A stretch of 63,635 nucleotides of DNA, counting the filler, from Octopus bimaculoides (taxonomy: Eukaryota), in assembly GCF_001194135.2 (NCBI RefSeq). It is 6 parts of 5 records of this genome, joined end to end, with 100 filler letters (N's around TTAATTAATTAA, not from the genome) between each part and the next. Parts side by side here need not be neighbours in the genome. Positions count along the whole stretch, not along the records: positions 1 to 11,157 come from NC_068987.1; positions 11,258 to 17,890 come from NC_068982.1; 4 more parts are not named here. One strand, written 5' to 3'. A model generated the notes under the pieces. It had not been told where the DNA came from. It did no database searches and saw only the letters and a program-made list of their open reading frames with translations. Position numbers and translations under genes: made by a program. Below are positions 1-11,365 of the stretch, piece by piece; position 1 is the stretch's first letter, and each line of letters begins with the position of its first letter.

Positions 1-45
<45 letters not shown>

Positions 46-530
46 ACGGAGCCGGGCGTAAGTCCGTTAATCCGTTAATCGTTAATTAACGAAGTTGACA
101 TTTTCGTTAAGGATTTAACTTTTAAATTAACCTTGTAAACCATTATCGGACTAATTAACTTCCGTTACATTTAGCTTCCGTTAACTCAAGTCCATTGACG
201 CAAAACTCTTCTACTGCAGCCTCTTGGTCGACACAGTTTTGGCAGGCATCGACAAAAGATTTGCAGCCCTCCTGGACGATGAGGAATACCAACTGGCTGC
301 TGTTTTCCACCCCAGGTTTCGACTCATCTGGTTGGGTAGGTATGACAGCATCAAGTTCACCAAGCTGAGGAGAAGCATGGAAGGTAAGGTCAAGGAAGCC
401 ATGAGGCAGCATTCTGAGGAAGTGAGCAGCAACAGTGGAGGCAACAACAACGAAGAGGTGGACGATGACTTCTGCAGTTGTGTCACCCAACAAAAAAAGA
501 GTGGAAGCTACAGGTCAATCAAGGACAAGG
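46..530 (+). mobile_element. hAT-family DNA transposon remnant (sub-terminal CGTTAA repeats plus a transposase fragment)
   Basis: ORF 224-772 begins MVDTVLAGIDKRFAALLDDEEYQLAAVFHPRFR, which resembles the hAT motif A..LDPRFK. Reiterated (C)CGTTAA motifs at 60-185 resemble hAT sub-terminal repeats. The ORF runs into unrelated sequence after about 530. Confidence 0.7.
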
Positions 531-1098
531 CCCAGAATTTAGTAAAGACGAAAAAACTTTCAAAATTTTTTTTTTTTTTACGTGAAAAGATACCTCCCAT
601 CATTCTGAAGACTTTGGTGAAAACATTGGAAAAAAATGCCCATCAAAACGGAGAAATTCCAACTTATGTGGGCCGTCTGATCCAAAACTCCGTTTTCCAG
701 AAACTTCCCCGCCCGCCCTCTTCCAAAAATTTTGCCTACAAATTTCTTTGTAATCGTTTCAACTCTGTGTGAGTATGTGTTTGCGTATATAAAAGGGAGT
801 CATGTGAATGTGTGTGTGTGTGTATGTGTGTGTGTGTGTGTGTATGTGTGTGTGTGTGTATGTGTATGTGTGCCTGTGTGTGTGTGTGCGCAATGGAAGT
901 GGGATGGTGAACAGTCAACATTGAAAAGAAAAATCAAACAGCGTTTCAACTCTGTGTAAGTATATGTGTAAATGTGTGTGCCTGTACTAGAGAAGTATGT
1001 GAATGTTTGTATCTGTACCTTATTTTGTACTTTATTTATATATAAGATACTACAATTAGCCGTCATTTTTGATGGCATGGGGTCAGCTAGTGTGTGTG

Positions 1099-1138
<40 letters not shown>

Positions 1139-1985
1139 CATGTATTTTATTTGACTTACCGCTTCAGTTTTGATTTTTAGAATATTTAAAGAAATTATGC
1201 TTTCAAATATGTTCGCTTAGACCAACGTGAAGTCGAAAAAGACGCAACGCGAAACAACGCACATTGAGTTATACCAGTATTTATATATACGTATACAAAA
1301 ATATATATACGCATACGCAAATAGTGGGGGATAATCAATCTAGGTAAAATACTTCGTAAGCTCTCTGTTGTCACACCAGGCTAACAGTATTACTTAGATT
1401 AGGGAAGAGCTCCAAGTAATCTTTTTGTTAGGGTCTCAAGTTCATTACAATTCTATATTGTAAATCCATATCAAAATCTATTTTACAATCTATTAATTTG
1501 TTTCTTAAACATACACATTATATACATATACACATTATACACACATATTACTTTTTTTTTCACTGCACTCTCACTCTCCCGTCTCTATCACTCTTCTTCT
1601 ACCTTTTTCTCCCATTCCCCACCCCAGTCCATCTCACATTCTTTACGAACCTGAATATTCTACGAGAGCTTTTGTGACGTCATTTGTTGCCATGGGTAAC
1701 TAAGGTATTGATGACGACAGAGATGTAAGAGAAAATCGTGGGTACAGAGATTATTATGTTACCATGGTGACTACATATCATAAAAGGCTGATGACGTTAG
1801 TTTGTCCAAATCTGAACTACATGCGACAATCTCATGTAGAAACGCGCTTTCGCTGGTTTATGTGTGTGTGTGCGCGCGCGCGTATGTGTGAGTGTTAATG
1901 CGTTTGTGTATAAAAATGTATGTATCTATGTATATATGCGTGTGCATGTATGATTCAGTTGAAGCGAAGTAACCACACACCCGCA

Positions 1986-2022
<37 letters not shown>

Positions 2023-2049
2023 TATAATCTTTTATTTTTTGTTTTTATT

Positions 2050-2235
2050 ACGTGTTTCAGTCATTTGACTGTGGCCATGCTGGGGCACCACTTGAAGAAG
2101 TCTTAGTCAAGTGAATTGCCCCAGTACTCTTTTTTTGTTTTTTTAAAGACTGCTACCTATTCTATCGATATCTTTTGCCGAAACTCTAGTTATGGCGAAA
2201 CTCTAGTAACACCGGTTGTCAATCGGCGGTGGGGA

Positions 2236-2272
<37 letters not shown>

Positions 2273-2273
2273 T

Positions 2274-2304
<31 letters not shown>

Positions 2305-2449
2305 GATTTTCCGTCTACCAAATCCGTTCACAACGCTTTGGTCAGCCCGAAAATATAGTAGAATACACTTCCCCAAGGTGTCACGCAGTGGCACTGAACC
2401 CAGAGCCATGTGGTTAGGAAGCTAGCTTCTTACCACATAGCCATGCCTG
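2050..2449 (-). mobile_element. tRNA-derived SINE, family A, near full length with internal (GACA)n/(CA)n
   Basis: The reverse strand gives the head GCAGGCATGGCTATGTGGTAAGAAGCTAGCTTCC...GGGTTCAGTGCC with A/B boxes and the tail CCAGCATGGCCACAGTCAAATGACTGAAACA. The same head and tail recur many times in the window. Confidence 0.85.
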
Positions 2450-2796
2450 CATATGTATGTTTGTATGTATGTATGTATGTATTATGTATGTGTGTGTATG
2501 TGTGTGCGTGTGTTTCATCGCTGTTTATGTGTGTCCGCATGTATATGTGTATTGCTAATGAACCTGTGCTTGTCTTTGTCTTCATCGTTTAGCCATCGTT
2601 GGTTTGTTTATGTCACCGTAACTTCTTGCGACTCGGAAAAAAGAGCCCCGACAGAATAAGTAATGGGATCGATTTTGGACGACTAAAATTTTCATGTATT
2701 GGACTGTGGCTATGCTGGAACAATTTGAAGGTGCTCCAGCATGGCCGCAGTTCACGAACTGAAACAATTTGAAAGTATTTTTTAAAACTTATTACT

Positions 2797-2955
2797 GTTT
2801 GGTAAGAAGTTCGCTTCCCAACCAAATGGTTCCAGGGTTCATAGGTTCAGTACCACTGTATGTCACCTGGGACGATTATCTTCTTCTATAGACCCGGGTC
2901 GACCTAACCTTATGGGTGGATTTGGTAGATGGAAACTGAAAGAAGCTCACCGTGT
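2797..2955 (+). mobile_element. SINE family A, 5' half
   Basis: GTTTGGTAAGAAGTTCGCTTCCCAACCAAATGGTTCC...GGATTTGGTAGATGGAAACTGAAAGAAGC matches the head of the other family A copies. Confidence 0.8.
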
Positions 2956-3027
2956 ATACATATATATATAGTCAGTGAATCATATATCCGAAAATGATGC
3001 ACACTCTAAAAGTTAGAGCAGTAATAT

Positions 3028-3092
<65 letters not shown>

Positions 3093-3595
3093 CACACGCA
3101 CACACACACATGCACACACATGCACACGCACACACATGCACACGCACACACACGCACGCACGCACGCACACACACATACTCATATTCATGTGTATTTTCG
3201 TGCTATTGTTCTTCCCCCTCCACTACTTGACAACCGATAACGGTTTGTTTACGTTTTATTTTGGAAGTAGTTCGATAAAAGGTGCCGATAGATTAAATAC
3301 CATGCTTGGATAAAAATGGTGCTGGAGGTAAATTCATTCGATTAAAAACGTCACAAAGCGGTGCTTCTCTATAACCACAGTCCAATGACTGAAGCAAATT
3401 AAAAAAATTGATAATTTTAATTACAAATTTTATCACATATACAACACGTATGTATATGATAATATGATACATATATAGTACAAAAGAAAGAAAATAATTG
3501 GAAGTGGAGAGACAAGTTTCTGAAGAGATTGCAAGAGTGCAATGAAATGATTTAACAAAAAAAAACAAACAAAAAAAAAAACAAAACTAAATACT

Positions 3596-4010
3596 TTATT
3601 TACATTATTTACATTTGACGGATATTTGTCCTCATCTTGTTTGTTGTTAACACAACGTTTCGGCTGATTTACCCTCCAGCCTTCGTCAGGTGTCTTGGGG
3701 AAATTTCGAACCTGGGTTCTCATTCCCACAGGCATATGGCATAGTGGTTAAGAGCGCGGGCTACTAACCCCAAGGTTCCGAGTTCGATTCACGGCAGCGA
3801 CCTGATTAATAATAGTAATAATAATAATAATGTAACATCGTTAGGAATGAGAACCCAGGTTCAAAATTTCCCCAAGACACCTGACGAAGGCTAGAGGGTA
3901 TATCAGCCGAAACGTTGTGTTAACAACAAACAAGATGAGGACAAATATCCGTCAAATGTAAATAATGTAAATAATGTAAATAATTCCTCATCTCTTAAAT
4001 ATAGAACTGT
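3596..4010 (+). mobile_element. tRNA-headed non-autonomous retroelement with hammerhead-ribozyme 3' end and inverted 5' duplication (candidate Penelope-dependent SINE)
   Basis: tRNA-like head at 3731-3802 (A box TGGCATAGTGG, B box GTTCGATTC), a (TAA)n linker, and a 3' region 3844-3972 that is duplicated in inverted orientation at 3597-3726. The unit is flanked by the direct repeat AAAACTAAATACT (3583-3595 and 4011-4023). Confidence 0.85.
3876..3921 (+). ncRNA. Minimal type I hammerhead ribozyme motif (Penelope type); a second copy lies on the minus strand at about 3648-3694
   Basis: GACAC-CTGACGA-A-GGCT..AGCC-GAAA-CGT-T-GTGTT: stem I GACAC/GTGTT, conserved core, stem II, palindromic ACGT stem III and a GUU cleavage triplet. 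The minus-strand copy has a 5-bp stem II (GGCTG/CAGCC). Confidence 0.7.
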
Positions 4011-4269
4011 AAAACTAAATACTGTTTATAAATTAATAAAGGGCTGAACCAGTGCGTGTGTTTATTACCGGCATAATGCCTCTCCCAAAGTTTAATTGTA
4101 TTTCTTTCAACACACGTATCCACATCAAGAATCTTGCACACCAAATACACATACGAAAAAAGACAAAGAAAAAAAAAGCAAAAAAAAACGGGAGAAAGAA
4201 AAGAAAGAAAGAAAATATCAATGCAGTACCAAGTGCTTCAATTGGTCGCACTACTGAAGCAAGCCCGCA

Positions 4270-5040
4270 CGCACGCGGTATTACCACAAGCGATGGCGAG
4301 GGTAAAGCGTTGGAAAGATCAAGCACCCTCACGAGAGCATCACCTGTTACCTCGGTGAGGTGAGCTGCCAACAATCACAAAAACTTCGCCGTTAGGGGCC
4401 CAGTCCTTCCAAACGTCTCAAACGTCACAAGCTGGAAGTGGTGGTTCACTGCCAGGTCCCGATACTTCAGGGTTTTCTTCTATTCGGCTAGGGAAGCAGT
4501 GACCCTCCCATTTACCGCAGCATCCATGATGTGGGAATGATCAAAAGAGTCACAGGCCGTGACGTCCCAGATGGGACACCTACCTCTTACCCAGGGACAG
4601 AGAGTAAGACCATCTGGTCTCTTCTCATCACTTTTGGATAATCCCGCCGGCTCCAGAACTGAGGGGATATCAATCCGAACCAGGGGCCGGCTTGAGATTG
4701 ATTAAGTTCAGCTCGTTGTGATGAGCGAAGCGACCGGCGTTTAGGTGGCAAGACAGACCGTGAAAACCTGTAGGATCGAGAGGCCTATCATAGCGACATC
4801 TCAATCCCTTAGTAGAGCTCTAATGTTGGCCATAGACAGGGCATCAATCCAGTCCCCACGAGAATTTCGCACTAGCAGAAAGTAGGCGACACCTTGAAAA
4901 CTGATCAGATTGATATCAAGGAGAAAGTTGAAAGTGGCAACTGAAAGTAGATTGTCCCGTACTCTCTGCTTCCGACTATCCTCAACTGCAACAGAAACTG
5001 AAAAACCCAGCTCTCTCCACTGTAGAATAAATTCTCTCCC
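4270..5040 (-). mobile_element. CRE-like non-LTR retrotransposon 3' remnant (Zn-knuckle plus restriction-like endonuclease), pseudogenised
   Basis: Manual minus-strand translation: DPTGFHGLSCHLNAGRFAHHNELN...PSVLEPAGLSKSDEKRPDGLTLCPWVRGRCPIWDVTACD...AE*KKTLKYRDLAVNHHFQLVTFETFGRTGP. These are the RPDG, WDVT, KY and ET.G motifs of CRE-type RLE, with stops and a frameshift. Confidence 0.85.
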
Positions 5041-5933
5041 CTTTGATCAACATTAATTACACGTGGCGTTTATTTGTAACTTGATAGGAGAAATTGAATG
5101 TACTTGCGAACCTGCCTTATCTAACTTTATTTATTTATATACTGTTCGAGAGTGTGCTTCTCTTTTCGGATTTGTGTTTTACAGACGATATATATACATA
5201 CATACATACATACATNNNNNNNNNNNNNNNNNNNNNNNNNNNNNNNNNNNNNNNNNNNNNNNNNNNNNNNNNNNNNNNNNNNNNNNNNNNNNNNNNNNNN
5301 NNNNNNNNNNNNNNNNNNNNNNNNNNNNNNNNNNNNNNNNNNNNNNNNNNNNNNNNNNNNNNNNNNNNNNNNNNNNNNNNNNNNNNNNNNNNNNNNNNNN
5401 NNNNNNNNNNNNNNNNNNNNNNNNNNNNNNNNNNNNNNNNNNNNNNNNNNNNNNNNNNNNNNNNNNNNNNNNNNNNNNNNNNNNNNNNNNNNNNNNNNNN
5501 NNNNNNNNNNNNNNNNNNNNNNNNNNNNNNNNNNNNNNNNNNNNNNNNNNNNNNNNNNNNNNNNNNNNNNNNNNNNNNNNNNNNNNNNNNNNNNNNNNNN
5601 NNNNNNNNNNNNNNNNNNNNNNNNNNNNNNNNNNNNNNNNNNNNNNNNNNNNNNNNNNNNNNNNNNNNNNNNNNNNNNNNNNNNNNNNNNNNNNNNNNNN
5701 NNNNNNNNNNNNNNNNNNNNNNNNNNNNNNNNNNNNNNNGAGAGAGAGAACTAGAGATAGAGAGACAGACAGAAACGTTTATACACAGGTACAAGTATAA
5801 AGAAATATATAAATACACGCTGACTTAAATACGTAAATACACGCGTGTGTGTGTGTGTGCGTATGTGTGGGTGTGCGTATATGTGCGTGTGTATGTGTGT
5901 GTGTGTGTGCCCGCACGCACGTGTAAGAGTAAA

Positions 5934-6066
5934 GAGGTAGTCAGACTTTTGGGAAATTATTTAGGGCACCAGGTAAAGCTGGTTAATAAACAGCAGCGTA
6001 TGTAGGGCGGCAGTCATTCCAGATGTTCCCCAAAGTGTCATAAATTCCCCAAATCCTGACTACCTC
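5934..6066. mobile_element. Short MITE with about 30-bp terminal inverted repeats
   Basis: The left end GAGGTAGTCAGACTTTTGGGAAATTATT pairs with the right end ATAAATTCCCCAAATCCTGACTACCTC. Confidence 0.7.
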
Positions 6067-6353
6067 CTTTTCCTTATAATATTAAATCTGTACACTACTT
6101 CAAACAATCTGTATATAGAAGGTTGTTTCTTATGGCCGGTCAGTGAGTGACCATTGGGCTCGCACCTATAAGATCAGCCGTGATGGATATCTAATACTAT
6201 ACATTTTGGATAATATATATATATTTATAAATGAAAGAATAGAGTCAAAATTAAGATGGAGTACGATTCGGCAGCTTTTTAATCTAAGGGTGAACAAGTT
6301 CTATTTTGTACTCTAATACGTTCTTAACGGAGTACACCTCAACTATATATGTA

Positions 6354-6398
<45 letters not shown>

Positions 6399-7124
6399 GC
6401 TTCATGTAGGTATAGTGGATTCGATCCTCGATAGCCAAATTTCCCTTAACAGTTCAATACCACTTTTCTTATGGTAAAACAATAGTTTTTCTGTGAGTTA
6501 CAGCTGTTACATATGCCAGCTGTCTTCGCTAAGTAGAATAATGTCTTTGCCATTTGACACTTCTAACCTCTTCTAGGTCACCAAAAGCTAGAATAGAGAT
6601 AACAGACCGCTAACGAATTTCATTGTCCTCAACAATATGTCTTTCCTTCTAACTAGTTTGGATAACTATAAATACTAAAACACCGTAGGGAAAAGTGAGG
6701 TTGGCAAAAAGGAGATGACGTAGAGGTGGTCACAGGCAGAATCCAGTTAAAGAGATAATTCAGCTGAGTGAATGTTTACAGTGAGAATGCCAACTATGGT
6801 ACAGTGTCTTATCACAACACCACTGCTGTTTAAATGTCAGGCATAATGAAGGTATCATTTTATCTACTTCCTACACCTAATATTTACTCCATTTTCCTCT
6901 AATTCCTAGTTACCAGTTGACCAAACATAACAGCAACAACATACAAGAAAAGATAACTCTATTGTTTTTATATGATACACACACCTGCTCGTCGAGGCAT
7001 GGCATTATACAAAGTAACAGTAAATGAATATTTCTTTACAACTTCGATCACTGTTCTTCGTTCATCTTTCACATCTTACAACATGCCGTTACAACTATAA
7101 CAATCGTTACACACACACACGCAA

Positions 7125-7980
7125 ACTCTGGTCACCACGGCTGCGCTACCCTCGACGCCGTTCAGCATAGAAAACTGCTTTCGGGAGTCAGCTGCCTTCT
7201 ATCCTGAAAACATGTCCCTCCCAGCGTAGCTGCGATGAGGTAATGAGAGCCTCCATACTAACTGCGCCAGTGCGACACAGGCTCTCTACATCTAGAATGC
7301 GGTCCCGCTATCTGATGGAGCACAGACGACGAAGCTGGACTTGCGCCAGGACCTTAATGTGCCTGCGGTAGAGGGCCATGCATCCTATGGCATAGAAGAG
7401 GTAAGGGAGCCCTGCAGCATCGTACCTTTATCTTCGTGTTGCATGGCAGCTCCGCAGACGCTTCTCGAGAGAGCCAAAGGCCTTTGTGGCACACTGTATT
7501 TGCCTCTCAACTTTGAGAACAGAAGAGTTAGTACAAGTCATTGCGCTGTCGGGATACGTAAAGACCTCAGCGTACATTAAGGGCTCTCCGAGTAGTGTCA
7601 CTGGCTCGGGATCTTTCAATCTATCAAGACATCTTAGTGGAAGCTGATTGAACAGCTCAGATTTCGAAGTGTTGAGCTCAAAACTCAACATGTCTCCTGC
7701 ACAAGAAAACCGGTCCACAATGTGTTGCATATCCTGAATGTTGCTGGCCAGGAGAGCTGAGTCGTCTGCGTAAAGTAGCTTCCTGACACACATTTCCCTG
7801 ATTTTGGCGGGCCAAGCTGAAAATCTTCCAATCAGTTCTGGTGCGCATGAAAACTCCTTTGTGTAGATTGATTCTAATGGTGTCAAGCACAGCTGCGAAG
7901 TAAAGACAGAAGAGTGCAGGGGCAAGCACGTACCACTACTTCACATAATTTGTCTAGGAACGGAGAGGAGATCCGGCTAG
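7125..7980 (-). mobile_element. RTE-clade LINE reverse transcriptase remnant
   Basis: ORFs 7678-7929 (LAPALFCLYFAAVL...GVFMRTRTD) and 7428-7925 (KLLYADDSALLA...ATKAFGSLEKRL) are frameshifted parts of an RTE/BovB-type RT. Confidence 0.9.
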
Positions 7981-7994
7981 TCTGTAGCAAGCTT

Positions 7995-8110
7995 ACCCAT
8001 TTACAGCTTAATGGACTGGAGAAACGTGAAATGAGTCTTGCTCAAGAACACAGCACACAGCCCGGTCCGGGAATCGAACCCACGATTTAGCAATCGTGAG
8101 TGCAACATTA
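7995..8110 (-). mobile_element. tRNA-derived SINE, family D, fragment (another copy at about 48695-48830)
   Basis: The reverse strand reads CGTGGGTTCGATTCCCGGACCGGGC...TGTGTTCTTGAGCAAGAC: a B box plus the CTTGAGCAAGAC core. Confidence 0.65.
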
Positions 8111-8119
8111 GGCCCCCTC

Positions 8120-8152
<33 letters not shown>

Positions 8153-8402
8153 GCACGCACGCACACATACATACACACACACACGCACATGCATATGATA
8201 GGGTGTCATTGCATATTTCAGGTACTTTGGTTACCATTTCTAGCGAATCATGAGACGGCGCAACGCACGTGTATGGAATGTTTTTAGAATGCTCGGATAA
8301 TTACAAGTGCATAAGAACCTGTGAAAGTAGTTGTCTGCTAAAACAAACAAATACGAAACAAAAAGCAAAATCTCATTTTATTAATTGTTTAGTATATTAC
8401 AT

Positions 8403-8689
8403 GGATCTATTTCAAAACGGGGGCACCAGTATTTTCTTAACGAAACACTAACGAAACACTTTGAAACTTGGGACACTGGTAGAATGTGTCATATAAAACA
8501 TCTTTTACTCTTAGTCTTCTTAACAAAAAAACGTACATCGCAAGTTATTCCATGTTAAAGTTGTCGTATTTCTGTCATTTCAACCAATCACTGACGTCTA
8601 TTCAGCTGAATAGAGTTACTGCTGGGCGGTCATAAAAATGTTATTCCCTGTGACATATTTCATCCGGTTTAATCGTAATTTATACGCAT
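8403..8689 (+). mobile_element. Left arm of the foldback family also found at 20484-21270; truncated by an N-gap
   Basis: GGATCT...GGCACCA...TTTTCTTAACGAAACACT...TTTCAACCAATCACTGACGTCTATTCAGCTGAATA is nearly colinear with 20484-20695. Confidence 0.85.
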
Positions 8690-10007
8690 NNNNNNNNNNN
8701 NNNNNNNNNNNNNNNNNNNNNNNNNNNNNNNNNNNNNNNNNNNNNNNNNNNNNNNNNNNNNNNNNNNNNNNNNNNNNNNNNNNNNNNNNNNNNNNNNNNN
8801 NNNNNNNNNNNNNNNNNNNNNNNNNNNNNNNNNNNNNNNNNNNNNNNNNNNNNNNNNNNNNNNNNNNNNNNNNNNNNNNNNNNNNNNNNNNNNNNNNNNN
8901 NNNNNNNNNNNNNNNNNNNNNNNNNNNNNNNNNNNNNNNNNNNNNNNNNNNNNNNNNNNNNNNNNNNNNNNNNNNNNNNNNNNNNNNNNNNNNNNNNNNN
9001 NNNNNNNNNNNNNNNNNNNNNNNNNNNNNNNNNNNNNNNNNNNNNNNNNNNNNNNNNNNNNNNNNNNNNNNNNNNNNNNNNNNNNNNNNNNNNNNNNNNN
9101 NNNNNNNNNNNNNNNNNNNNNNNNNNNNNNNNNNNNNNNNNNNNNNNNNNNNNNNNNNNNNNNNNNNNNNNNNNNNNNNNNNNNNNNNNNNNNNNNNNNN
9201 NNNNNNNNNNNNNNNNNNNNNNNNNNNNNNNNNNNNNNNNNNNNNNNNNNNNNNNNNNNNNNNNNNNNNNNNNNNNNNNNNNNNNNNNNNNNNNNNNNNN
9301 NNNNNNNNNNNNNNNNNNNNNNNNNNNNNNNNNNNNNNNNNNNNNNNNNNNNNNNNNNNNNNNNNNNNNNNNNNNNNNNNNNNNNNNNNNNNNNNNNNNN
9401 NNNNNNNNNNNNNNNNNNNNNNNNNNNNNNNNNNNNNNNNNNNNNNNNNNNNNNNNNNNNNNNNNNNNNNNNNNNNNNNNNNNNNNNNNNNNNNNNNNNN
9501 NNNNNNNNNNNNNNNNNNNNNNNNNNNNNNNNNNNNNNNNNNNNNNNNNNNNNNNNNNNNNNGACTCGTAACTTTCCTCGTAACTTTCAGAAAAACGGAT
9601 ATCTGTTAATGAAATTTTACACAAATATCTTTCAAACGGTGTAGATTACGGTTATAAAGGAATTTGTTGGAGGAAAATTCATTTCGAGGGAGTGGGAAGA
9701 GGAGTTTCGGAAAATTCGCATATCAGCTTTGTTTCCTCACAACCTGCTGAAAATTGGGTATCTTTAATTACATTTTCTGCAAATTTTCCACTTTCAGATG
9801 GTGGCGATTAGAATTAGAAAGGAATTTGTGGTGAAAAAATTGGGGGAGGGTGGGTATTTCATGCATCTTGACCTTGTTTCTTCATACGTGTTTGCTTTCC
9901 ATCCACATGATTCTGGGTTCAGGTTCACTACATGATACTTGATCAAATGTCTCTTATATAGCCACCACAGATTGACAACCGGTGTTGATTAGTTTATGTC
10001 CCTTTAC

Positions 10008-10497
10008 TTTAGCGGTTTGATAAATACAATCTCCCCTCAGACCCCTCTCCAGAAATCCTATGGGAACAACTGAAAACCGCTATCCTACAGACCTCTGCAG
10101 AAATCCGTGGGCTTACGAAGAAAAAGGACAAGGATTGGTTTGATGAAAACGATGTGCTGATCCAGAAATTTTTAAAGAAGAGGTCTGTCCACCAAGTACA
10201 CCTGGCCCAACCCACCTGCCTAGAGAAGAAAGCGGCCTTTCGCCAAGCCTGCAGCTTACTGCAGCGCAAACTCCGAGAAGTTCAGAATGAGTGGTGGACT
10301 AGTCTCGCACGGAGAACCCAGCTGTGCACTGACTCTGGCGACTACAGGGGGTTCTATGAATCTCTCAAAGCAGTCTACGGCCCTGCACATCAAGTCCGGA
10401 GTCCCCTGCGAAGCTCAGATGGCTAGGCGCTTCTCACAGATACAGCATCCATCCTCAACCGCTGGTCTGAATATATTCAGGCCCTCTTCAGTGCAAA
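10008..10497 (+). mobile_element. RTE-clade LINE fragment (region between endonuclease and RT)
   Basis: WEQLKTAILQTSAEIRGLTKKKDKDWFDEND...WWTSLARRTQLCTDSGDYRGFYESLKAVYGP...ILNRWSEY is typical of RTE/BovB ORF2. One in-frame stop. Confidence 0.9.
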
Positions 10498-11257
10498 CCT
10501 CGGCGGAATTTGAACTCGGAACGTAGCGGCAGACGAAATACCGTTAAGCATTTCGCCCGGCGTGCTAACGTTTATGCCAGCTCGCTACCTTAGAATATTA
10601 ATAATAATACTGATATACGTGTATAGTTTTAATGAGTGCTGCAAAGGGCTATGGTGATTTAAAAAGTGATGATCAGATATCCGGAAAATTCAGTTATCCG
10701 GAAAATTCAGTTATCCGGCAATCCTTCAGTCCCAGTGGTGTCAGATTGGAGGGAATTTACTACCAAGTTTCACTCGCTCGTGAGTGACAGCTGGTTGTTG
10801 CATTTTAGTCGTTTCATTGTTTCAAATAAATTAATCCGATCTAGAATGAAATTATCCTGTTGTATAAATAATTTCAAATTATTTTATGCAGACACTATAC
10901 TAAGCATTCTTGTTAAAATAATTAAGAAAATTTACTAAAATGGAAAAAGCACGTGTGTTCTAAAATTGTGCATTTTGTGTCTGCATAAGATATTATTTTT
11001 TATCAGCTTATGCCAGACTAAATTAGCTACGGTGTGAATGGCCTCAAGTTATTAAAATAATTATTAACTCACACGTAGCAGCAACCTTTAAAGAATACTT
11101 ATATCAAAGTAATTTTTTATATGTTCAAAAAAATAATTTCCTTGCGGAATGAAAATTNNNNNNNNNNNNNNNNNNNNNNNNNNNNNNNNNNNNNNNNNNN
11201 NTTAATTAATTAANNNNNNNNNNNNNNNNNNNNNNNNNNNNNNNNNNNNNNNNNNNN

Positions 11258-11365
<108 letters not shown>

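Noticed and set aside
3731-3802. tRNA gene
   Set aside because: The acceptor stem is poorly paired and the anticodon (ACT) is atypical. It is embedded in a TSD-flanked element, so it is a SINE head; the same applies to the other tRNA-like heads, e.g. 38290-38337.
11158-11257. TTAATTAATTAA motif recurring at 11202, 17935, 38588, 58490 and 61547
   Set aside because: Each sits in the middle of a 44N+12+44N block of exactly 100 bp, so it is a scaffolding marker, not biology. It does mean order and distance across these joins are uncertain.
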